In this document: piece by piece, positions 39,553 through 50,759 of the stretch
Layout of the letters: every line of letters begins with the position of its first letter
Numbering within the stretch: the first letter of the stretch is position 1
Source of the DNA: Raillietiella orientalis
Taxonomy: Eukaryota
DNA length: 64,000 nucleotides
Assembly (NCBI GenBank): GCA_036172245.1
Contig: JAYWIR010000001.1
Location: forward strand, 930,001-994,000
Reading direction: 5' to 3'
The notes under the pieces: generated by a model
Seen by the model: only the letters and a program-made list of their open reading frames with translations
Database searches by the model: none
What the model was told of the DNA's origin: nothing
Program-made: the position numbers and the translations under genes

Positions 39553-41408
39553 TCAGGAAGCTCGACGTCGAATTGCAAACTGACCTTTGACTAGCTGCAC
39601 CAGATTTATTCGTAGCTTCGAATTATCCACTAGTTTGCGCACAATTATCTTAAAAACACTTCAATAACGGTACACAACACTTGTTACAAAACCTACAGCA
39701 TCTGGAGCTATGGCAGCAATAACTGCAGGAAACCTGCTCACATCACGTCCGTCTACAAACACAGGTTGACCACGGTGGAACCTAAAGTGCACAATAAAAT
39801 ATAATTCCAAGATTTAACGTGTGATACCATTTTCTTTCAAAAAAAAGCTTCCCATCTTCGATTCTGGATACATTGCTGGTACTCTTATTGGAATCTTGAA
39901 GTATTTACAGTGAGAAATCTTCAATAAGCACTACTCACCCAAATTTGATTCTGTGGTTACAGACGTATTGTTTAAGGCAGAATTTACAGCTTCTAGATCA
40001 GCCTGAATTTCATCCTCAGACAACAGAAAGCTAAGCTGAGATGGTGAGGACTTCCTTCTCTTCTCAGGAACGGGAACAGGATCATGAGGGCGACGACGCA
40101 GTTTACGAGTTGTTACTGGCTTGATCTGTCTCACAATTGTAGCAACACATGAACATGCATATGTTACCTCCATAAGATCACCTGACAACTCCAGAGACTG
40201 TCTCTCTTGCTGCAAAGCTTTTTTTTTCTCCTCAAGTTCTTGGATAAGATTTTCCCGTAGTTCAATTTTTTTTTCCTATATTTACATTAACACATATTCA
40301 TTATAAAGCATGTGATTTACAGAAAGGAACAGACACCTCAAATTCGCAAACTGCCGCTTTTTTCTCATTAATGTAATCTTTCTCAACCATTTCTGTTTCT
40401 AAAGTGCGCCACAGATCATTAGCAAACAATCTGTGAAACACTTGGTGGCAATAGGCTCATACCACCATGAACTTATCAAATACCTTTCCTTTAAAGCTGC
40501 TTCCAATTTCTTCAACTTGCGGTTGTACTCCATGTGAGTGCCCTCTTGTAGCTGTTGCAACTGTTTCTTAAGACTTGCCAATTTATCTTGATACATCCTA
40601 ATTACATCATTAGTCAGTATAATAGTCCCAGCCTATCAGAATTGGTGTTTATACAAAGATGCAAAAATCTACATCGGTATGCAGCGTACATTAATGAAAA
40701 ATACGTAATTTTGCAATTGGACTGTTGAGATATGTCGACAATATCCCAAATGGCATCGTAAGAATTAATACTCTAGTCAACAACCGGGTTTACCAAATTC
40801 TGTCACTATTATTGATGTCCCAATGTACAAACATGAAATGTTTTAATAAAATATACATCTTTACAAAAACAAACACTTGAATTACTAAATACATCTCTAT
40901 GAACAAATGCAGAATCAGTTCTAATTTTGATTTCATGCTTTCGTATATCAATTACATTCAGATTAGTGAGCAGCTTGCTCATTAATCTATTAAAGACAAT
41001 GAACAATTTTATGAAAAAAATTATTCCTTGAAAAAATCTCTTACTGTTCCTTAATTTCCATATGATTGAATTCCAAAGTCTCCACATCTGTGTCGGTTTC
41101 TAAAGAATAAGCAAACAAAAATGAATTGCGCGCACTTTGACCAGAACTTTTACAAAGGTCATGCCATGAAATCAATCTTCTTCAGCTATTCACATAAACT
41201 GAACACACTTTCACACAGAATTATGGAAATCATAAATTGTAAAGAGGCGCTTAACTATTACTAAAATACATCTCGATTTTCCAACATTACCTTCATCATC
41301 ATCTTTACTGAAATCATTTGAATCACAATCATCATCATCAAAATCGTATTCGTCCTTCACGCTGACGGACAATGGAGAATCAGGAGTTATTGGTTTGCTA
41401 GTGTGCAT
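39553..41408 (-). CDS. SUDS3: Sin3 histone deacetylase corepressor complex component SDS3; 9 exons: 41408-41291, 41099-41045, 40597-40484, 40430-40337, 40275-40168, 40125-39939, 39894-39828, 39781-39697, 39648-39553; 307 aa
   Basis: Phase-consistent GT-AG introns give a 924-nt frame. Motifs [58 protein letters not shown] and the C-terminal IRRRAS match SUDS3. Confidence 0.95.
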
Positions 41409-41999
41409 TTTTCTGCACTTGGTGTGGAAGCTGCAAACTGCTGTTTCTCAATCACTCTGAAACTTTGGACACCTACGAAACATTTCACTAGGAATGCCAG
41501 TAGGCATAACACAGGAGCGTCACGAACACGGCGTGGTTTCTCCTTTAAAAACAATAGCAAACCATTGCCAAACCTTTAGACTCGTATACTGTTTTTTTTT
41601 TTTTAAAAAAAAAAAAAAAGAAAATGGCACTTCCCACTAGGAAATGCTTCCGGCTGATATCCGAATGAAAAAGAAAGTGAGAGACTCGTAATTTAAGGAA
41701 CATGCTTATCTGGGTTTGATGAACCCTTAACAGTACGATACACAATGCAATGCACCCCAAATTAGGTCAATGGAATAGTCCCACATTTGGGATTGGTACA
41801 TTGGTGACAGTAGTGTTAAAATTCAAAAGAAGTAAAAGATAGTTATATATTCTTGATGTTCCAGGGAATAATTCTATTCTTAATTTTTGATAGATTCAGA
41901 GAGATTAAATTAGAAAATTTGATTTTGTTTTCCTAAAGTCTAAAGTTTTGCGAGAAAGAAAGGTTTGCAAGCTCTGCTGCTACTTTAAAGACATTTCCT

Positions 42000-42720
42000 A
42001 AGCCTTTTCTCAAGTCAAGGGTTACGGAATATCTTTAGACATGATCCTTGATAACTGCCACTGTCCTTGAATGAGGCAAAACAGGAGTTTCTACAGATGC
42101 CACTATTGGGAACATTGGAAAACAAAACAATTACATCATTACATCATCATTACATCAAAACAATTACATCATCAAACATAGTGTTGAAACACTTATTCAG
42201 CACATGTGAAATCCACAGAGTTTCCTGAATTTTCTAGATTGATTACAGTGGTCAACCTTCTGGGAGAAAAAAACTCGAAATTATACTTAGAAATGAGCCA
42301 GATGATTCTAAGATTCCAAAGAGCATGTCGGTTGGCAAAGAATAAGTTCTTTTCAAAGTGACGATGCCTCGGCGCCAGGTAGTTTACCACTTTGAGCATC
42401 CAAGCAGCAATTGCTAATGACAACCTACGTAACTTCCTGGAAGTTTTAGAAAGTAGTGATGAATGATAATTTTCCAAGATTGGGTGAAGTGTGGAGCTTT
42501 TCTTTCAAACTTGTTCCCTTTTTCGAAAGAGAAGCCACGATATTCTGAAAACATGTCCAAGGAGTTGCAAAAACTTTACACCTGATTATTCATGTAGGGT
42601 TGCCAAATGCACTTTTCCAAATATTTTCCAAAGACTGCGCCATGTGTTCCGCATAATAGATACCGCATACCTAAATCAGATCGAGAGAGTTACTGAGGAA
42701 GTGGTGGCACTGGTGCTGCC
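42000..42720 (+). mobile_element. Possible hAT transposase C-terminal relic
   Basis: TPDYSCRVAKCTFPNIFQRLRHVFR resembles the hAT dimerisation motif P.TS...ER.FS.L.R.K..LR. Otherwise highly decayed. Confidence 0.3.
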
Positions 42721-42759
42721 GATACAGAAAGACTGGAAGATTTGTTGGTAGAAGACACA

Positions 42760-45700
42760 TCTTTGGCAACAAACATCCCGGCATCACCTTCGGAACTGTC
42801 CTCGTAGAGCGCGGCCGCCACCTTCACCTCCGCGCAGTCCTGTCCAGTAGACCCGGGTCGGTCCACAGAAGCTGCTTGTGGGACTGCGAGGTCTCGTCCT
42901 CGCCGACGGGCCGGAAGAGGAGATCGTAGACTGAAAACTTTGCCTGAAAGATTCGTTTGACCTCGTAGAACGCTCCTCGACCTTGTAAGCTGGCCACCAG
43001 CACGGTGGAGGTAGTGGTCCCGCGACACCTCCGATCCGTCTCTATGGTTCGTGGGGAGGCGCCGAGGCGGAAGTGCGTGGCCCGCTCCGGAAGGGTTGCG
43101 TGCTCGCACCCGGTGGCTACGTCCCCGTGACTTGGACTCGGTCTGCCGATCGAAAGATGCGTGGGAAGAAAGAGGGACGCACTGCACCGCCGGAGGGAAG
43201 GAGATGGGCAGGCGGGCCGGCAGCACAAGGGCGTCGTCTGGTGCGGGTTTGGTCCCAAATCCTGAATGTCCAAATCTCGAAAAATCTCGAAAAAAGTGAA
43301 CAGATGTGCTTATTATGTATACGCACATATGTGGATTAATATACGAATTCAATTTCATATACGTATTTATGAATACTGAGCAACATGCGTGTTTATAATA
43401 TTTGTTAGCATACGTCTTATTAATATTAATAAAATGAATGCTAATTAAAATTAATAAATATATTTTATTAATATAAATAATGCACGCATTAATGTGTGTA
43501 TCAATGTAAATTTTCAATATATTGATTACAGATTATATAATGGATATATATATATATAAATAGCGAATCATGAAGATGCACATTGCCCATAATCTATTCC
43601 TGTTTCGTTTTCAGCTACAACGGTGCCAGTGAAAGGTGTGACCCTTCTGGCTCTACCCCATCTCCTACTCTTCCTTCCCGGCCATGGGATTTGCGTTACG
43701 AGGGATGACTGCACGTCAGGTTGCGTTCGTCGGGACGTCCTGCAGGCTGCACTTCGGCGACCGGGATGCCCTCCTCTTCGTGAGGGGGTCGCAGGTGCTG
43801 GGCGTCATCCAATCAAGGCCTCGAGGAGGCACGGGTCAACGGTGAGTTGTCTCGTGTCATCGGCGCGTACTCGTGGGCCGCCCAGTTTGCAGTGGATGGA
43901 CTGCTTGCTCCGTCGCTGGGGTAACCAAGTTTTCCCCAAAGGTCCAACGATGTTGGTCAGCACCATCGCACCGACTCTTTTCTTGGACTACTGGCTGGAG
44001 GCATCTCGGCATTGGACACTTTCTTGTTCCCGACGGCGCTGAGGACTTCCCCCACCCCCCTCCCGTTCCCCAAAGGGCCAGCTACGAGGGGTCAGCGTCA
44101 CCATCCTGTTGCCCTCTTGCGATGCGAGATCCAGCCTCAGAGCTGAACCGGGACGAGAGACGGGCGCGGACTCCGCTTCCCGCCTTGGAGCCGCCACCGC
44201 CGCCTCTCTGACCCCGTCCATGGTCGCACCGTGCCTGGCCGTGTGCGAACGGGCACGCTTCTCGTCCCGGAGGCCACGGCGGCGTCCGGAGAGACCAGCC
44301 TCCCTTCTTCTGGCAACTCCTCTTCTCGGAGGCGGCTGGAGCCCTGCAGTGGACGAATCCCCAGTCGCGCGGGCTGCCTCGGGTGGCCCTCATCTGCGCG
44401 AGAGTGGGCGCCGCGCGCGTCTTCTTTCTATCCGGATGCTGCTGATCCACCAGGCGTCGCCGTGCCTCCTCGCGTTTATGCAGCAGCTCTTGCGGAGGAG
44501 CAACGTTTCCTCCAAGGATCCTTTCGCCGACCCGAATCGTCGGATCTTTTCCTTCCGAGCTGCTCCCGATCTTAACGAGGTTTGTCTTCCGATGGTCCAG
44601 GAGCTCCGTACATCCGCACTTGCCCTAAAAGACTCCCCGAGTGCGTCGCCCCACCTGCCAGGACCTTCCCTTCGTGCGTGGCAAGAGAATCATCTCCATC
44701 GCCACCTCGCGGGGAGTTCATGGAACCCGGTAGTATCGTCCGGTGAGGATGGTAATTGAAAGCAGCTGTCCACGACGAAGGTGTCGTCAGCCCCAATCCA
44801 ACAGCTCCACGAGACCGTGGCAGCCTTTCCTCCTTTCTCCGTAAGGTTTTATTCATCGGCTGCCCCGGGTAGCAGGTTCAGCCATGTCTCGATCTTTACC
44901 TCCTAATCCGGATATTCCCGGTCGTCCTCTTACTCATGCATCCCCAGTCCCTCGTAGGGTGCGAGACTGGGGAAAGCAAAGTCTTCTTTCGAGCTGAGAT
45001 TCTCCGCGTTCCGCTTGGTGATTTTCCAATCCAGTGGTAGATCAGCTGACTGCGCTGTTTGGAATGCCGCTGTTTCTGGGTGTGGTGCTTCGAAGATTTA
45101 CAAGACGGTCCGGAATTTCTTCGATGACCTTCCGTTTCGTCATGGCATCGGTCACGTTTTCCCTGTTCCCCATTCTGGCTCAAAGCTCCGCGCATTCACT
45201 AAAGTTCCATTTTGTTTCGTAAATTCGGATGCTCCGACGGAGGAGCTTCACATCACAGGATGCAGTGTCCTACATTCAGGGAAAGATCAGGAACGTGAGG
45301 AAAGAAACGTAAGGGCCACTTCGTTCTTTTGCGGCTCTTTCGCCTGGGTGCACCACGTCGGGTCTGTGAACTGCTTGGTTCCCTTCGGGAGTCGCGAGTG
45401 CATATGTGTGGCCGCTGCCTTGACAACAATGAATCCTTCAGTCTTCCTCTCATTTGGGATGCTTACCGCACTGCGTCGTGGAGTCCTCTCTGCGCGCACG
45501 TCCTACTTTTCCTTTTTTAACCTCCGAGACCTTTTTATCCGCTCCCCATTCAAATTCTCGACCATCGCCTGCGACTTTTCTCTCTGGTCTGCCGACTGCC
45601 ATCACTCTTGCAGGAAGGCTGCTGGAATCCTGCACTGCAAGAGCGTTTCCTGTTTTACGCGGGAACTTTTGTTTTGCGTCGGAAAGGAGTCGACACGAAG

Positions 45701-45900
45701 AACATCGAAAGAGTTCATTCCTTGTATCCATAGGGGCGGAAGGGGGGGGAGGGCAGATGCATGCGGCTGCGCGGGTTCATGTGCTGAGGTGGTCCGAAAG
45801 TTGACGGACTTGTGCCAGACTTGGTCCAGCCTCGCGAATGGTGGATGGTGATGTGGCTAGAGGAGGTGGTTCCTGTCGCAACATTCTTTTAAACGCGATT
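42760..45900 (-). mobile_element. Near full-length decayed L1/Tx1-clade LINE (ORF1 knuckle remnant, EN, RT), interrupted at about 43240-43620
   Basis: Ordered remnants: RCSSCRLLSDAKQKFP (decayed CCHC), RDWGC, QMRATRGSPRDWG (KSPG.DG), VLTNIVGP, APDDALVL (YADD), NLSGK, KQLLWT, LYEDSSEGDAGM (L..P..EGGLG). Confidence 0.6.
43240..43620. repeat. AT-rich insertion related to the arms of the 53.0-57.7 kb element
   Basis: Abrupt GC-to-AT switch. Starts ctggtgcg...aaatctcgaaaaa and shares ggattaatat, caacatgc and ttagcatac segments with 53050-54070 and the reverse complement of 57270-57662. Confidence 0.55.
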
Positions 45901-45929
45901 TCCTCTATTTGCCAGCGTCGGAGGCCCTG

Positions 45930-46630
45930 TAGCTGCTGCGGTCTCCATGCGTGGCACCACCATGTGTCGCTGGTTCGAATACTCCGAAACGAATCGACTT
46001 CCAGTGCGTCGTGGGTTCCAGTTCTTCCCGCGAGATGACGCTGGTTGCCAGCATTCATTCAGGTGCGGCACTGGTAGAGGTTGAAACCGGATGCCCCCGA
46101 TGAGGGCCGGGACAAATGGGAGTCGACCTCCGGGTACTTCCAGGAATCAAGGAGTGGAAGTTCCCTTCCCTTCGGTTGTGAAGAAGAGGACCTCCCATTC
46201 CGGGGGGACTCTCCGCGTCGTACTAATGGAGTCGGAGTGTCTCCACCACCTCTCCAGAGAGTGCAGAGAAGATCCCTTCGGGGAAGCTGCGTCCTGAATT
46301 TCGGAAGCTCCCCTTCTGGGTTCCCTTCAGAGAAACAAACAGGAGCGGGCCACTTCGGGGATCCCTCCGAAGAGAGTAGGAAGGAGATTCCCTTTGGAGA
46401 CAACCAGAGTGGAGGTGATTCCCATTTCCGGGGATCCCTCCCCAGGCTTGAGAGGAACGGACTCCCTTCTACGGAGCCCTTCCTGGATTCATAGGGCGGA
46501 CCTCTCCCGAGGTACCCCTATCTCGAAGGGTTGCCACACGCGTCCTCGGGTGGCGTGGAACCGTGTTGAAGAGCTGCGAAGACAGAAAAGAAAGGATTTC
46601 CATCATCCATAGGCCAACAGTAACGATCGT
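45930..46630 (+). mobile_element. tRNA-headed SINE-like repeat
   Basis: ggttcgaatac (45972), second gtgggttcc (46011), conserved body (cttccaggaatcaagga, cccttcgggg, gagaggaacggact, ccttcctggattcataggg) and tail catcatccataggccaacagtaacgatc. Confidence 0.75.
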
Positions 46631-46774
46631 GGAATCGCTACAGGCCCTTGGATGATGGAAATCCTTTCTTTTCTGTCTGTCGTGCGTGTAAATTCTTCAA
46701 GAAAGGGGCACCCCGGGAAGGGTCCTCCCTATGAATCCAGAAAGGGCTGCGTAGAAGGGATGCCATTCCTCTCA
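46449..46774. repeat. Long fold-back inverted repeat made of a SINE 3' part and its inverted copy
   Basis: Perfect 30-bp arms at 46580-46609 and 46649-46678. Imperfect outer arms at 46449-46528 and 46696-46774. Confidence 0.92.
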
Positions 46775-47029
46775 CCCTGGTTTTTCACCCGGATAAGCCG
46801 GGGCTTTTATTATTAAAATTTTACAATTATGAATTTCATAATAAAGTCTTGTCTGATGTAGTGATGTTTCTGAACACATTGTTCTGACTGTCTTGGGCAC
46901 TTGTCCTTTCCGATCCGCATGCCGGTAAGGTCCTCTTCACTGGCGAAGGGGACGGGAAAAAGAAAAACAAAAAAAGAGCAAAAAAAGAAAAACGCCTGGG
47001 GGACAATGTTTATGGGAAGGGGAGGGAAG

Positions 47030-48760
47030 GGAAGGGATCACGGTACGCCGTGGGGAGGCCTCTGCATCTGATTCTATATGCGAACAAGTGCAAGCAGAAT
47101 TTTACTTAGCCGGCGCCAACAGGAAACCTTCTCCATGGAGATGACTGCCCAGTGAATGGCATTCCGACTCCTGCAGCCTCTTTTAAACGCGGCCCACTTG
47201 TCCAAAATCCCACGTATTCAGCAGAGAACTGCAACACACGAGGCACCTGGCAGGGAGTCCTGCATCAGGAGGCGACGAAAAATGTTTTTAGGGTCGCCCA
47301 CTGGAACGTTTAGAGCCGACGAGAGTCGATCCCACATGAGGTGGAGGGCAACACACTCGATTATCAAGTGGGGGAAGGTCTCCCTTTCCCCGCACTCTGC
47401 ACAATGGGCATCCAATCTCCCCAATGTCCAGTGAGACAGGCGTGCTTTGCTTAAAAGTCTCCAATGGAACACAAGCAGCGCCGTCTCTTGCCCTCACCCT
47501 GGTTATCTCTGAAGGAGAACTTTAAAGGGAATGGAAGAATAATCCGTAAATCCAAGATGGTCACCTGGACACCACAGCCCAATGAAACAACTGACTATAC
47601 GCAGCTCACAGAGCCTACTCGTTTTTGTTGAAACCGAGAGGCCTGATGACAGCCTGTTAAGCCGAGCAGGAGGATGGATCACCATCGACCCGATATGTAG
47701 AAGGAAGCAGGCATTGGTGAAGAAGCACCAACTCAAGATCATGGCTAGAAGCAAGGAACTCTGTGAGGAGGAATCCATCCTAGTAATACCCTGGCTGCTA
47801 CCTGTCCCTAGTGACACAAGGAGCTGGATATATCAGAGGTCCATAGTTACCTTAAGAAGAATAGAGCACCGGAGACGGGAGTGGTTGCCACCACTCCCGG
47901 ATCGAGATGTACATCGGTACATCGAGATGGTAAGGGGAAAGTTCACCAACAGAACGCGCGGAGAGTGGAAAAACCACAGTAACTACAGTAACTACGAACA
48001 AGAAAAACCATCATCATCTCATACGTGAAGACGATCAACCCTCAAGAAAGCTGCCGATCGCTACGGAAGCGATACCATCAACACTTTGGCAATTGGAACG
48101 ACGCTCTGGAGGAGGACATCCAGGATGACCTCCTAATGTTCTACTACGGAGAAATCCGGGATGGGTCCAGGATGAAATACTTCACAGGCAATCAAGCAGA
48201 TGAAAATTTCTTGACATTTGGTGACGTGGACACAAGACTTCACGTCTTGACCTGTCTCACAATGCATCAATACTGAGAAACTGTGAAGGCCCTATCTCCC
48301 TGAAAAGGGAGATAGGGCCTCTGAACAGCTCGAAGATAAAAGTCATGGCTGGGATGTTCCAGGGAAACGGAGACGTCCCCCGCTTCAACCCGATAGTAAG
48401 GACGACCATCGCCCTGTTCATCACCTCCATCCTCATACGATGGTGGAAGATGAGGACCGTCAGTGTAGCCTTATCTCCCTTGGAAATCCTGAAAGGGATT
48501 ATTCAAAAGGAGATTGGCATCCGGAACTGTGGACGAGTGCAAGTCTAGACGTGCCATTACATCCTGAAAAGGATGGAGGAAACTCTCCAGTCACACCCAA
48601 CGCCCAGTCCACCCTAGTGCAAAACCCAAGTACAGTGCCCCCAAAAAGAGAACCTTAAATTAAGAAAAGCCTCTTTTCTGTTCCCAACTTGTAGATGTCC
48701 GACCTGCATATCGGCGGGCGCTCACCACGATTGTTCCCAGTCCGACCTGCGGAGGGGTGA
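47030..48760 (+). mobile_element. 5'-truncated decayed L1/Tx1-clade LINE (RT to 3' UTR)
   Basis: GRPLHLILYA (QG.PLS.LL), LLHGDDC (YADD), MFLGSP, KWGKVSLS, SRAGGWITIDP, FGDVDTRLHVLTC (C..CG..ET..H..C). The C-terminal IIQKEIGIRN matches the copy at 49.5 kb. Confidence 0.75.
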
Positions 48761-49469
48761 ATTTATTTAACTACTTTGTAAACACTAATTACAATCACAT
48801 ATTTTGCAGACATTTCCTGGAGTGTTTCTGCACGCAGCACTTCAAGTCACCAAGTGTTACTTTCTTCGTTTACTTTGGGAATTCTTTTTCTTCTGAGGTA
48901 AGGGTCACTAGGGTCTGGAGGGCAGTACACATACTTGGACCATGTCTGCCATCATCTTTAATCCTTTGGGTGCTATAGATGCATCTATGCGTTTGGCAAA
49001 TGTTTTTGCCTCGTACACGCGCCAAAAGTGAACACTCTCCATGTTTGAGATGGACGCATGCACTTCTTATCATTTCTTATCGTTCCCTTGGCGACGACAG
49101 TAAACGAAATGCCACGTATATCTTCTGACCATTCGCCGGTTTTTCTCGGTGTCGTACAGAATTCATCACAGTGTGTTTTTCATCTCTGCGATGTCTTAAA
49201 AATGGGAATGAGTTTTTGATTGGATTGGAATTAGAATTTCTAAATAAACAACATGTGTTTGGGAGAAGCGAAAAATTTTTTCATCTAATGCGGTGCAAAT
49301 GAACAACTCCAATGGCAGCTTCGTAAAGTCAGCACTTTGTAAAAAGTCAATCGGTGGCACCGCTGATGGCGCACGCGGAACGCGAAAGGGCAGTGCGTCC
49401 ACAGAGGTCGCCACTGCAACTCGCGTGCCGTCAACGCAGGACGTTTCCATCCGACGAGCTCCGCACCCA

Positions 49470-50700
49470 AAGGGTTAAGATGTAGCAGTAAGTCCAGTCG
49501 GGTTCTCTGCCGTAGTTCCTGATCCCAATCTTCCTCCGGATCACTCCTTGGATGATCCTCATGGCAGGCACTATCGCTCCTATGTTTCTCATCTTTGCCC
49601 TTCTTGTCACGATCCTCTTCATGAAGAGAGCGATGGTGGTGCAATCCGTGGGATTGTTCTCGTTCCCTTCCAACATTCCCTCCAGGATCTCCATCTTCGT
49701 CTTCAGGGAGGTCACCGCCTTCAGCTTTGTCCAATCCTGGCGTAGCGTATAGGTCAGCTGCGTTTCCCTATCCCCGCAGGCCTTACAGAGCTCGTCTTGG
49801 CTGCTGCCTGTCCCATGTCTCATTCCGGAGCCACTCAGGATGCCTCCGCGGTAGTACATCCCGAGTGTCCGATGGTAGGTCGCTCCTCCATATCGTTGTG
49901 CCAACAGCTAGCAGATTCGCGTTGCCGATACCTTAGAGATTGACGGCCTTGTCCAGTAGTTCTTCTTGGTCCGTAGTGTCCTTCATTTCTTCACGGATGT
50001 TGCCTCTAGTGATCAGGTGCCACTCATTGGTCGCTTTCAGAGCTCGCGGGTCCTGCGGCTGGATCTTCCTATCATTTTCGTGATGCCGCCATACAGTTGC
50101 ATTTCGTGCAGTTGTCACTCGTGGCGAACTGTCCACAGTCACGAATCCTCATTGCTGGCCTCTGGATCATCCGTTTCCAGGTCTTCCGAGGGACCCTTAT
50201 GAATTAAGGAATCACCATGGCCAGTTCTCCCTGTCACAACTTCTTGCTTTGAGGCACTATCTTGAAGCAGTGAGTCATCAGCAGTGCCTTCTTCCTCTTC
50301 CAGATGGGGTCGATGTTGCCCCGGTCTTCGTGTTTGCCTATTCGGGCTGACATCAGGCCTCTTGAGTTGTTGGTCAGTTTTGAGTGGGCTCTGGGTGCCG
50401 CACACGGCCAGTGGTCTCAGGCTTTGGTGAGACTCAGGAGCTGTCGTGCGTCCACGCTGTCCATGGATTGCTGCAGCGACTTCATCCCGGTCCCGCCTTC
50501 CACCCGCGGAAGGCATAAAATTCCAGCCCAACCCTCAGCTTGTGCTCTCTCCAGAGAAGCTTCCTCTGGAACTGTTCCCCTTCCATCCTCGGGAAGCAGC
50601 TGGGGAAGGATCGCGCTGTTCCACAAGTCCGCCCTCTGCTTCATGTTGAAGGCGACTTGGGTCTTACGCCGAGCTTCTTTTGTCTTTGGTTGGGAACCAG
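49470..50700 (-). mobile_element. Decayed L1/Tx1-clade LINE 3' part, same subfamily as 47030-48760
   Basis: QRADLWNSAILPQL, LCLPRVEGGTGM, CKACGDRET, TTIALF...VIRRKIGIRN. Confidence 0.75.
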
Positions 50701-50759
50701 TGTGTTCCCGACTGGTTTCTTTTCTTTTCTTTTTTTCGTTTTTTTTGTGAAATAAAGTT

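Noticed and set aside
39553-41408. BRMS1/BRMS1L assignment
   Set aside because: [10 protein letters not shown] and RKLRRRP.DPVP are SUDS3-specific within the Sds3-like family.
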